From NCBI GenBank assembly GCA_020057115.1, contig JAGVGJ010000039.1:52806-116805 (forward strand): 64,000 bases of DNA, written 5' to 3'. Made by a program: the position numbers and the translations under genes. Shown here piece after piece: positions 1-7,968 of the stretch (positions within the stretch are counted from its first letter, which is position 1; each line of letters begins with the position of its first letter). This DNA comes from Candidatus Omnitrophota bacterium (lineage in GTDB: Bacteria; Omnitrophota; Gorgyraeia; 2-01-FULL-45-10). A model generated the notes under the pieces. It was not told the DNA's origin and did not search any database. It saw only the letters and a list, made by a program, of their open reading frames with translations.

Positions 1-33
1 GTTCTTAGTGCATAGTTCATAGAAACAAAAAAA

Positions 34-70
34 GAACCCGTAAAAAAATTGCGCGGTTCTTTTTTATTTA
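34..70 (+). terminator. Putative intrinsic terminator for a gene upstream of the window
   Basis: Imperfect GC hairpin gaacccg...cgcggttc followed by a T-run (ttttttattta). Confidence 0.35.
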
Positions 71-99
71 TATTTTGGGTATTTTAGTGTAATTAATAA

Positions 100-376
100 T
101 TAAGGTAATAATTAAGGGACGTTTCTAGGTAATTAAGGTAGGTAATTAAGGGACGTTTCTAAATCTGATCTTGGGACGTTTGTAAATTCCATCCCACACC
201 TGTCCCCTAACTTTTTTGTGGACAAATATGATTCTTTATTTTTGGGACATGCTTAAGATGGATTATATAAAGATTCCTATATCCACCTATGTCCATGCCT
301 GTCTCCCCGTTATCCTGAGGGACAGGTGTGGGATGGAATTTGGGGACACATGCAAGATCAGATTTAGAAACGTCCC
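100..376. repeat. Compound repeat element: direct repeats plus a ~57-bp inverted repeat flanking a ~110-bp core
   Basis: Two ~29-bp direct repeats taaggta(a/g)taattaagggacgtttcta at ~100-128 and ~133-162, and a third gggacgtttgt at 173-183. Left arm 150-207 (gggacgtttctaaatctgatcttg...aaattccatcccacacctgtcccc) is the reverse complement of right arm 319-376, except for a ~10-nt divergent middle. Confidence 0.6.
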
Positions 377-452
377 TTATTTTGAGAAGCTGAGGGGTTT
401 GTGGGCGAAAAATACCCCCACCGATACTGCTTATTTGATATAATATTATGTT

Positions 453-1547
453 ATGAAGATGGTTATTTTGCCCTTTAATGTTAAGGTGCCGGTGCTTGCT
501 TGCGGGGCGGATCTGAAGGGGGCTTTTGCGCTTGCCAAGGGCAATAATGCTTATTTGGTCGATGGTTTCGGCGATCTAAGTGACCCAGACAACCTGGAGA
601 AGTATGAGAAGGCAGTAAAGCTCACCTGCCGGAAGCTAAAGATAATACCGAAGACGATCGTTTGTGATATGCATCCCGGTTATTTCTCAACTCGTTTTGC
701 CGAAAACTGGACCCTGGCCCCTGGCCCCTGGACCCTTAGCAAGGTCCAACACCATCACGCCCACGTGGCCGCCGCTATCATCGACAATTCAATAAAAGGC
801 GACGTGATAGGGGTTGCGTTCGATGGCACTGGCTATGGCCTTGACGGAAATATCTGGGGTGGGGAGTTCTTCATCGGGAGCCTGAAAGGCTTTAAGCGAG
901 CCGGGCATCTGGAATATGTCGCAATGCCGGGAGGGGAAGCAGCGATAAGAGAGCCATGGCGCATGGCGGCGAGTTTTTTACATTCCGCCGGAGTCGATGA
1001 CATCGCAAGATCGTTATACGGTAATAAGACGAAACCCATAAAACTATTGATAGACAAGGCCTTCAATTCACCTCTCACATCGAGCGCCGGAAGATTGTTC
1101 GACGCTGCGGCGAGCATCATCCTTAGAAAAGAGAAGGCGATATTCGAGGCTGAACTTCCGATAGCCATCGAAAAGATAGCCGAAGAGTCATGTGGTGATC
1201 ATTATAAGTGCGCTACTACACCTCAACTCGTGAGAGCTGTGGCGCGCGACTCATTAAAAGGCGTCGAGCGTTCTATAATATCGGCAAAATTCCATAATTC
1301 TGTCGCAAGGCTCATATTGAATACGGCGCGGAAGATAAGAAGAAGCACGAAGATAAAAAAAGTCATTCTCGCGGGTGGGGTATTCCAGAACAGATTTTTA
1401 ACAGAGCGCGCTACGGGGCTTTTAGAGAAAGCGGGCTTCGAGGTATTTATTCACACTGACATTTCAACCAATGATTCCGGCATCCCGATAGGGCAGATAG
1501 CGCTCTGCGGGACCCTGGACCCTGGATCCTGGCCCCTGCACGCATAG
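453..1547 (+). CDS. hypF: HypF-like carbamoyltransferase, Kae1/TsaD-like C-terminal domain only; acylphosphatase, Zn-finger and YrdC domains absent
   Basis: 364 aa with the HHHAHVAAA motif and FDGTGYGLDG, aligning only with the C-terminal half of canonical ~750-aa HypF. Sits in a hyp cluster with hypCDE. Confidence 0.75.
   Translation: MKMVILPFNVKVPVLACGADLKGAFALAKGNNAYLVDGFGDLSDPDNLEKYEKAVKLTCRKLKIIPKTIVCDMHPGYFSTRFAENWTLAPGPWTLSKVQHHHAHVAAAIIDNSIKGDVIGVAFDGTGYGLDGNIWGGEFFIGSLKGFKRAGHLEYVAMPGGEAAIREPWRMAASFLHSAGVDDIARSLYGNKTKPIKLLIDKAFNSPLTSSAGRLFDAAASIILRKEKAIFEAELPIAIEKIAEESCGDHYKCATTPQLVRAVARDSLKGVERSIISAKFHNSVARLILNTARKIRRSTKIKKVILAGGVFQNRFLTERATGLLEKAGFEVFIHTDISTNDSGIPIGQIALCGTLDPGSWPLHA
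712..735 (+). repeat. C-rich orientation copy of the (GGGNCCA)n tandem repeat, in frame inside hypF (encodes WTLAPGPWTL)
   Basis: Sequence ccctggcccctggcccctggaccc. Confidence 0.6.
1509..1538 (+). repeat. C-rich orientation (CCCTGGN)n repeat at the hypF 3' end, just upstream of hypC
   Basis: Sequence ggaccctggaccctggatcctggcccctg, encoding the hypF tail ...DPGSWPLHA. Confidence 0.6.
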
Positions 1548-1563
1548 TTTGCGAGGATTTCTT

Positions 1564-1776
1564 ATGTGTTTAGCGATACCAATGAAGATAATCAAGATCG
1601 ACGGCGATACGGCAACAGTAAAGGCTGGCGGCTTGGAACGTAAGGCTAATATAGCACTACTTAAGAATGTCAGGTTGGGTGAGTACATCCTTGTGCATGC
1701 GGGCTTTGCCATAGAGAGGGTCAAGGAGTCCGAAGCGAAGAAGACATTGAAAATAATGCATGAGCTTGAGATGTGA
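1564..1776 (+). CDS. hypC: Hydrogenase maturation factor HypC
   Basis: Starts at the MCLAIP motif (the N-terminal Cys is essential). About 70 aa, HupF/HypC family. The listed ORF starts 5 codons earlier, but MCLAIP is the canonical N-terminus. Confidence 0.85.
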   Translation: MCLAIPMKIIKIDGDTATVKAGGLERKANIALLKNVRLGEYILVHAGFAIERVKESEAKKTLKIMHELEM

Positions 1777-2236
1777 GTTTCACGCGATGCTCGGGCGAAC
1801 CCAGCGGTTCGCCCAACGAGTAAGCCGACATCTCCATGCGGCTCGCTTATGGGTAAGGCTGGATTGGATCACGCTCTATATGGGAAACTGGTGGGTGATC
1901 CAATAAAGTATTAAGGTGTCGCTTCGCGACCTAGATAGGGAAGAAACAAGAACAAACCCTGAGCCCAATTTAGCACATTGAAAATGTTAGGCCTTTTAGA
2001 AGTAGAAAAATGGTTATATATAACAATTTTTTGATATTAAAAGGACCGAGGATGTTTGAGGCCTCCTCCGGAGGCCGAGTTCCGCAAGCCGCTGCTGTAT
2101 TCACCAGGCGGCAGCCCCCGAAGGGGGCTGGTCCCCATTTTTCTACTGAACAAAAGGCCGGCCCTTTAGTTTAACTAGAGGGGCAACATTTTCAGTGATA
2201 AATTGGGTTCAGGGTTTGGAAGCTACATGAGAGAGA
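1777..2236 (+). other. Highly structured 460-nt non-coding spacer inside the hyp operon, a candidate ncRNA or MITE-like insertion
   Basis: No ORF. Many GC-rich hairpins (gggcgaacc/ggttcgccc; attggatcac/gtgatccaat; ggcctcc/ggaggcc; gccccc/gggggc; ggccggcc). An 18-bp inverted repeat with one mismatch, aaccctgagcccaattta (1955-1972) and taaattgggttcagggtt (2199-2216), encloses 226 bp. Confidence 0.3.
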
Positions 2237-3355
2237 ATGATGAAGTATATCGATGAGTTCAGGGACAAGCATCTGATCGTGAAGATCGCTAAGCGCATAC
2301 GCGAAGCGGTCGATCCGAGCCGCACTTATAATTTCATGGAAGTATGCGGCACGCACACTATGAGCATATTCCGCTTCGGCCTGCGGGACCTGTTGCTTAA
2401 GAATATAAGGCTTATTTCAGGCCCGGGATGCCCGGTCTGCGTCACGCCGAACGAATATATCGATAAAGCGATCGCAGCCGCAGAGCTTCCAAATGTCATC
2501 ATAGCCACATTCGGGGATCTCTTCAGGGTCCCGGGATCATATTCAAGTCTTGAAAAAGAAAAAGCCGCAGGCAGAGACATCAGGATGGTCTATTCAAGCA
2601 CCGATGCGATCGAACTCGCCAAGAAGCATCCCGATAAGGAGGTTGTTTTCCTGGGCATAGGGTTCGAGACCACGATACCTACGGTAGCCATGTCGATATT
2701 GATGGCGAAGAAGGAGAAGTTGAATAACTACTCGGTCCTCTCCGGCCATAAGACGATGCCGGAAGTATTAAGAGCGCTCGTCACAGACAGGTCCGTAAAG
2801 GTGGATGGTTTTATCCTTCCGGGGCATGTGAGCGCTATAATAGGCGTAAAGCCTTATCAGTTCCTGGCCAAGACCTACAAAAAGAGGTGCGTCATAACCG
2901 GTTTTGAACCGCTGGATATCTTGCAGGGGATATTGATGCTCGTTTCGCAGAAGAAGCCTAAGGTGGATGTTCAATATACGAGGATAATAGAGGCTTCCGG
3001 CAACAGGCGCGCCGAAGCGAGTATTGAGAAGGTCTTCCAGAAGACGATATCTAATTGGCGCGGGATCGGAGAAGTAAGAAATAGCGGTCTAAAGATACGG
3101 AAAGCTTTTTCCGCCTTCGATGCGGAAGATAAATTCAACATAAGGCCAAGGCCTTCAAGAGAACATGCCGGATGTGTATGTGGGGAAGTGCTTAAGGGCG
3201 TAAAAACGCCGCTTGAGTGCAGATTATTCTCCAAGGTCTGCAACCCTGAGCATCCTGTCGGTGCATGTATGGTAGCTACCGAAGGGACGTGCGCGGCATA
3301 TTATAAATACAGGGGCCAGGGGCCAGGGGCCAGGGGCCAGGAAAAAACATGGTGA
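2237..3355 (+). CDS. hypD: Hydrogenase maturation factor HypD
   Basis: 372 aa with the conserved CGTH, GPGCPVC and CAAYY motifs. The C-terminal ~14 aa (RGQGPGARGQEKTW) are encoded by the G-repeat. Confidence 0.9.
   Translation: MMKYIDEFRDKHLIVKIAKRIREAVDPSRTYNFMEVCGTHTMSIFRFGLRDLLLKNIRLISGPGCPVCVTPNEYIDKAIAAAELPNVIIATFGDLFRVPGSYSSLEKEKAAGRDIRMVYSSTDAIELAKKHPDKEVVFLGIGFETTIPTVAMSILMAKKEKLNNYSVLSGHKTMPEVLRALVTDRSVKVDGFILPGHVSAIIGVKPYQFLAKTYKKRCVITGFEPLDILQGILMLVSQKKPKVDVQYTRIIEASGNRRAEASIEKVFQKTISNWRGIGEVRNSGLKIRKAFSAFDAEDKFNIRPRPSREHAGCVCGEVLKGVKTPLECRLFSKVCNPEHPVGACMVATEGTCAAYYKYRGQGPGARGQEKTW
3312..3341 (+). repeat. Perfect G-quadruplex motif (GGGGCCA)x4 overlapping the hypD 3' end and the hypE Shine-Dalgarno
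   Basis: Sequence ggggccaggggccaggggccaggggccagg, with AGGA at 3339-3342 and 6 nt to the hypE ATG at 3349. Confidence 0.75.
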
Positions 3356-4353
3356 GAAAAATACTTTTAAGTCATGGTTCCGGTGGGAGGATGATGCATG
3401 AACTTCTCGATAAGTTCATATTGAAAGAGCTTGATAACGAGATATTGAGGGAGAAGAAGGATTCGGCCATCCTGGCCCTCGGGAATAAGAAATTCGCATT
3501 TACCACAGACTCTTATGTGGTCGACCCGATAATATTCCCCGGAGGAGATATCGGAAGCCTTGCTGTGTGCGGCACAGTGAATGATCTTGCCGTTTGCGGC
3601 GCCCGTCCGTTATACCTGTCAGTCAGCGCTATTATCGAAGAAGGGCTCGAGATGGCGATATTGGAACGGGTCATAAGATCTGTAAGGGATGCGGCTAAGG
3701 CTGCCGGAGTAAAGGTCGTTACAGGCGACACTAAAGTCGTCAACAAAGGCTCTTGCGACAAGATATTCTTAAATGCGAGCGGTATCGGCGAGATATATTA
3801 CGGCGGGCTTTCAGCGGACAGGATAAAACGCGGAGATGTCATCATAGTTAACGGCCCAATAGGCGAACATGCCATAAGCGTCTTGTCAAAGCGCGAAGGC
3901 ATAGGCTTCAACACAACTGTCAAGAGCGATTCAGCGCCGTTAAACAAGCTTATCACCGGGATATTAGGCGCCTCTAAAAAAGTCAGGTTCATGCGCGACC
4001 CGACGCGCGGGGGCGTCGCAACCACATTGAATGAGATAGTAAAAGAGATGCCTTTCGGGATAATGCTCAATGAAAGCGATATACCCCTCAGCAATGGCGC
4101 AAGAGGGGCGTGCGAATTGCTTGGGCTCGATCCTCTATACCTTGCGTCTGAAGGCAGGGTGCTTGTTGTCGTCGCCAAAGAGGATGCCGGGAAAGTCTTG
4201 CGCGCGATGAAGCGTGATAAACTGGGCAGGAAGGCCAAGGTAATAGGTTGCGCGGTCAAGGAACACGCGGGAAAGGTATTTCTCAATACAGTATCCGGCG
4301 GCAAGAGGATAGTTGACATGCTTTCAGGCGAGCAGCTTCCGAGGATATGCTAG
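3349..4353 (+). CDS. hypE: Hydrogenase maturation factor HypE (carbamoyl dehydratase)
   Basis: 334 aa, PurM-like, with the canonical C-terminal ...PRIC motif. Confidence 0.9.
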   Translation: MVRKILLSHGSGGRMMHELLDKFILKELDNEILREKKDSAILALGNKKFAFTTDSYVVDPIIFPGGDIGSLAVCGTVNDLAVCGARPLYLSVSAIIEEGLEMAILERVIRSVRDAAKAAGVKVVTGDTKVVNKGSCDKIFLNASGIGEIYYGGLSADRIKRGDVIIVNGPIGEHAISVLSKREGIGFNTTVKSDSAPLNKLITGILGASKKVRFMRDPTRGGVATTLNEIVKEMPFGIMLNESDIPLSNGARGACELLGLDPLYLASEGRVLVVVAKEDAGKVLRAMKRDKLGRKAKVIGCAVKEHAGKVFLNTVSGGKRIVDMLSGEQLPRIC

Positions 4354-4357
4354 AACG

Positions 4358-5077
4358 ATGTATAAAGAACGCGCTTACAGGAGATGGGTAAAGTCAGACG
4401 GACTTGTATCATTTGAGGCCGTGGTGAAGGAGACGGATCTATTCGTATCGGCCGATAGCGATCTAAAGAAAGAAGCCGTCGCATCCATAATGCGTTATCG
4501 CGGGGAACTTGAAGATTATATTATGAAGCATGAGGATTTTTTGACATCTCTTGAGCCGGTAGAAGTTAAAGCCGATGCACCCGAGATAGCGAAAGTGATG
4601 GCTGCAGCCGCCAAGAAAGCCGGCGTAGGCCCGATGGCTGCCGTGGCAGGCGCTATGGCGGAATTTGTGGGAAGAGGCCTTCTCAAGTTATCCGGCGAGA
4701 TAGTGGTTGAAAATGGCGGGGATATATTCTTAAAAATAAATAAGAAGCGCTCCATGGGTATATTCGCGGGTGAGCGCTCGCCATTTACGGGAAAGCTTGC
4801 CATTGAGATCGAGCCTGATAAGGATGGAGTTGGGGTCTGCACTTCAAGCGGCACGGTGAGCCATTCTTTAAGTTTCGGGAATGCAGATGCGGCGCTTATC
4901 ATATCGGATAATGCCGCGCTTGCCGATGCGATGGCGACAGCTACAGGCAATCTCGTTAAGAGCGCATCCGACATAGAGAAAGGTGTCGCTTTCGCGAAGT
5001 CTGTAGAAGGCGTCAGGGGAGTGCTTATCATAGTAGGGGATAAATTAGGCAGTTGGGGTGATATAAAGTTAATATGA
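4358..5077 (+). CDS. UPF0280 / COG2122 (ApbE-like) family protein
   Basis: About 240 aa, Ala/Gly-rich (GPMAAVAGAMAE..., GVCTSSGTVSHSLSFGNADAA), resembling the archaeal UPF0280 family. The alternative upstream start at 4313 overlaps hypE. Confidence 0.45.
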   Translation: MYKERAYRRWVKSDGLVSFEAVVKETDLFVSADSDLKKEAVASIMRYRGELEDYIMKHEDFLTSLEPVEVKADAPEIAKVMAAAAKKAGVGPMAAVAGAMAEFVGRGLLKLSGEIVVENGGDIFLKINKKRSMGIFAGERSPFTGKLAIEIEPDKDGVGVCTSSGTVSHSLSFGNADAALIISDNAALADAMATATGNLVKSASDIEKGVAFAKSVEGVRGVLIIVGDKLGSWGDIKLI

Positions 5078-5089
5078 CAAGGAGGGGCC

Positions 5090-5497
5090 ATGGTATCAAA
5101 AAGGATAGTGTTAACATTTCCGCACAAGCTGCTCGACCAGCCGATAGCATATAAGCTGGTGAAGGACCACAACCTGATGTTCAACATCCTTCAGGCGAAG
5201 ATAACCCCAAAGGAAGAGGGCATCATGGTCCTTGAGCTTTCCGGAAAGAAGGAAGATTATGCGCAGGGAATAAAGTACCTTACGGAACTCGGCATAAAGA
5301 TAAAGCCTTTAAGCAAGGATGTCTCAAGAAATGACGTAAAGTGCACGCATTGCGGGGCATGCATCACTATATGCCCGACAGGCGCTTTATACATGGACAG
5401 GGACACGATGAAGGTCATATTTGACGATGAAAAATGCATAGCCTGCGAGCTTTGCGTAAAGGCCTGTCCCCCGAGGGCAATGGTGGTAAAGTTCTAA
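5090..5497 (+). CDS. NIL-domain protein fused to a 2x[4Fe-4S] ferredoxin
   Basis: An N-terminal ~75-aa NIL-like domain followed by CTHCGACITICP and CIACELCVKACP cluster motifs. A good SD (aggagg) lies 8 nt upstream. Confidence 0.75.
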   Translation: MVSKRIVLTFPHKLLDQPIAYKLVKDHNLMFNILQAKITPKEEGIMVLELSGKKEDYAQGIKYLTELGIKIKPLSKDVSRNDVKCTHCGACITICPTGALYMDRDTMKVIFDDEKCIACELCVKACPPRAMVVKF

Positions 5498-5498
5498 C

Positions 5499-5527
5499 TT
5501 GACTTGGCGTATTTCAGGGCATAAAAT
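5499..5527 (+). promoter_or_regulatory. Sigma70-like promoter for the asrA-like / hydrogenase-1 operon
   Basis: ttgact (5499-5504), a 17-nt spacer, then taaaat (5522-5527). Confidence 0.4.
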
Positions 5528-5553
5528 ATATCTCTTTCACCGGCCAGGAGAGC

Positions 5554-6603
5554 ATGGAAAAAACATTTTACACGATAACAAAAAAAGACCTTTTTGACCT
5601 CTTCTCTAGGTTGTCAAAAGAGTACAGGATATTCGTCCCTTACAAGAAGGGCGAAGGCCTGTACTTCGGCGAATTCAACGCCGAGAAGGAAGACGAGATA
5701 GAGCTGGGCGCGATAAGACAGGCTCAGCCGTTCAAGTCTTTTATATCCGTTTCCCGCGAGAATGTCCTGGAGCCCGCAGAGAAGCGTTCCGGCCCTGTCA
5801 TAGTGGCCGGGGTGAAAAGCTGCGACCTCCAGAGCATGGTCCTGCAGGACCATGTATTCCTCGAAGGGGATTTTAAGGATCCTTTCTACGCAAAAAAGAG
5901 AGAAGATACGATCATAATATCCCATGACTGCACCACTGCCAAAGAGACGTGTTTCTGCATGGCGATGGCGGGCATGCCATTCCCCCAAAAAGATTTTGAC
6001 ATGAACCTCTCCCCGGTCGACGGGCACATACTGGTTGAGATCGGAAGCGAAAAGGGCAGGGCGATGGTGGGCGGTTATAAGACCTTCTTTAAGAGCGCCG
6101 ACTCCCGCGATATGAAAGCCAGGGATGAGCTGCGCGCTAAAGTCTCCGAAGAGGTCTCAGGTTTTATAAGTAAGCGTGGCACCCCGAAGACGACCGAACT
6201 GTGGGGGGTGGTAAAAAAGAATTACGACAACATCCCGTTCTGGCAGGATTTTTCTTCGACGTGCGTCGAATGCGGCGCATGCAATCTCGGATGCCCGACC
6301 TGCCACTGCTTTCTTCTTTATGACTCAAAAGGAAAGGACATCCCCAGGAGGATGAAGGCCTGGGATTCGTGTCTTTATAACACTTTTGCAAGGGTGGCCG
6401 GTGACCATAACCCGAGAAAACACCTTTATGAAAGGCTGCGCAACAGAATAGACAAAAAGCTCGACTACTTTCCGCATGTCATGAATTATTTCGCCTGCAC
6501 GGGGTGCGGGCGCTGTATAGAGGCGTGTCCCGGCGATATCGATATCAGAGAGATAATGAAAGGGCTTATGAAGGGCGCCTGGAACAAGCCGCCGAATGAT
6601 TAA
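5554..6603 (+). CDS. AsrA / sulfhydrogenase-beta (HydB)-like Fe-S subunit
   Basis: 349 aa with Cys motifs CFCMAMAG, CVECGACNLGCPTCHC and CTGCGRCIEACP, matching the anaerobic sulfite reductase subunit A / sulfhydrogenase beta architecture. Confidence 0.7.
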   Translation: MEKTFYTITKKDLFDLFSRLSKEYRIFVPYKKGEGLYFGEFNAEKEDEIELGAIRQAQPFKSFISVSRENVLEPAEKRSGPVIVAGVKSCDLQSMVLQDHVFLEGDFKDPFYAKKREDTIIISHDCTTAKETCFCMAMAGMPFPQKDFDMNLSPVDGHILVEIGSEKGRAMVGGYKTFFKSADSRDMKARDELRAKVSEEVSGFISKRGTPKTTELWGVVKKNYDNIPFWQDFSSTCVECGACNLGCPTCHCFLLYDSKGKDIPRRMKAWDSCLYNTFARVAGDHNPRKHLYERLRNRIDKKLDYFPHVMNYFACTGCGRCIEACPGDIDIREIMKGLMKGAWNKPPND

Positions 6604-7423
6604 TATGAAAAATCCGTATAGCTATATTGAGGCCGAGATACTGGACGTCATCGAAGAGTCCCCGACCATCAAGACCTTCAGGCTTAAGCCTAAGGCAGAC
6701 ATAGGTTTCAGGGCGGGCCAGTTCATGGATGTCACCATCCCCGGGGTTGGAGAGGCGCCGTTCACGCCTTCCTCGAACCATGACGTCAAGGAGTATCTGG
6801 ATTTCACCATCATGAAGGCAGGCCGCGTCACGAATCTTCTTCACGGGATGAAAAAGGGAGAGGTCGTGGGCCTGAGGGGGCCTTACGGCAAGGGATATCC
6901 TCTGGACATATTTAAAGGCAAGGATATATTTATCGTAGGAGGCGGCGTAGGGCTTGCGCCATTGAGGGCTCTGTTATACGCACTTTTCAACGAGGTCGAT
7001 GATTACAACAAGATAATACTTAAATACGGTTCAAGGTCCCCGAAGGACATAATATATAAAAGCGAGATAGATACCTGGAGAGACAGGGGCAAGAATGTGA
7101 GCCTTGAGGTCTCGTGTGATACCGGAGACGATACATGGAAAGGCAACGTCGGTCTTGTGACCACGATATTGAAAGACCTTGATATAAATATGGCTAATGC
7201 CGTATCGATAGTATGCGGCCCGCCGATAATGATGAAGTTCGTCACGTTCAAGATCCTGGACCTCGGGTTCAAAGACACGCAAGTCTATCTCTCGATGGAG
7301 AAGAACATGTCGTGCGGCATCGGCAAGTGCGGCCACTGCAGGATAGGGCCGTATTACGCATGTAAGGACGGGCCGGTATTCACTTACGACAAGATCAAGG
7401 ATCTGCCGAATATATGGGATTAA
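6596..7423 (+). CDS. AsrB / sulfhydrogenase-gamma (HydG)-like FAD/NAD(P)H-binding [2Fe-2S] oxidoreductase (PyrK family)
   Basis: 275 aa with a ferredoxin-NADP reductase-like fold (RAGQFMDV, GGGVGLAPL) and C-terminal CGIGKCGHCRIG...C [2Fe-2S] motif. Confidence 0.8.
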   Translation: MINMKNPYSYIEAEILDVIEESPTIKTFRLKPKADIGFRAGQFMDVTIPGVGEAPFTPSSNHDVKEYLDFTIMKAGRVTNLLHGMKKGEVVGLRGPYGKGYPLDIFKGKDIFIVGGGVGLAPLRALLYALFNEVDDYNKIILKYGSRSPKDIIYKSEIDTWRDRGKNVSLEVSCDTGDDTWKGNVGLVTTILKDLDINMANAVSIVCGPPIMMKFVTFKILDLGFKDTQVYLSMEKNMSCGIGKCGHCRIGPYYACKDGPVFTYDKIKDLPNIWD

Positions 7424-7427
7424 TAGA

Positions 7428-7458
7428 GGGACAAGGGGCCAGGGTCAAGGGTCCCAGG
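7428..7458 (+). repeat. G-tract repeat (4 G3-4 tracts) filling the asrB-like / hycB-like intergenic spacer and carrying the SD AGGTGA
   Basis: Sequence gggacaaggggccagggtcaagggtcccaggtg. Confidence 0.7.
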
Positions 7459-7464
7459 TGAAAT

Positions 7465-7968
7465 ATGAAAAGGCTATTCATAGATCTGGACATATGCGAT
7501 CAATGCGACGAATGTGTCTCGTCATGCTCTTATGTCCAGCATCCGAAGAATGAAGGCATCACATCCTTAAGGGAGCTGGCGCATTTCGTCGTAGTCTGCC
7601 GCAGGTGCGATGATGCCCCGTGTGTGGCCTCATGCCCGTGGGAAGCGCTCGAGATGCAGGACTATAATGCGCTCAAGAGATACATGATGAGGTGCACCTC
7701 ATGCAAGTCATGTTCGAGGGCATGCCCGTTCGGGGTCATATATCCGGAGACGATACCTTTCATCATAGCAAGGTGCGATTTCTGTCTCGGAAGGCTCAAA
7801 GAGGGCGAGACGCCGGCCTGTCTCCAGGCATGCACGCATAATGGCGTCAAGTACGGCGAGTTCGAAGAAAATAAGGACGAACATATCTACCAGGTATCGG
7901 AATATCTGGTTGTGAAGACAAATTACAAATGGGAGAGGATCCTCCAGGCTCCTCCGAAGAAGAAATGA
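7465..7968 (+). CDS. HycB/NrfC-like multi-[4Fe-4S] electron-transfer subunit
   Basis: 167 aa with four Cys clusters: CDQCDECVSSC, CRRCDDAPCVASCP, CTSCKSCSRACP and CDFC...C. Confidence 0.7.
   Translation: MKRLFIDLDICDQCDECVSSCSYVQHPKNEGITSLRELAHFVVVCRRCDDAPCVASCPWEALEMQDYNALKRYMMRCTSCKSCSRACPFGVIYPETIPFIIARCDFCLGRLKEGETPACLQACTHNGVKYGEFEENKDEHIYQVSEYLVVKTNYKWERILQAPPKKK

Noticed and set aside
216-443. 75-aa ORF inside the inverted-repeat element
   Set aside because: It spans the arms and loop of the 100-376 repeat and has no RBS or recognisable motif, so it is more likely non-coding element sequence.
1549-1563. Upstream start MRGFL for hypC
   Set aside because: HypC proteins begin at the MC(L/I)A(I/V)P motif with an essential Cys2, and the ATG at 1564 follows a GAGGA Shine-Dalgarno.
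1777-2236. RNase P RNA, SRP RNA or 6S RNA in the hypC-hypD spacer
   Set aside because: None of the universal motifs (P4 GGAAAGUCCGGGCUCC / ACAGAACCCGGCUUA, SRP GGAAGCAG domain IV, 6S central bubble architecture) is present. It is kept only as an unclassified structured element.
3312-3341. CRISPR array interpretation of the tandem G-rich repeats
   Set aside because: The units are 7 nt and directly tandem with no spacers, and there are no cas genes, so they are not CRISPR.
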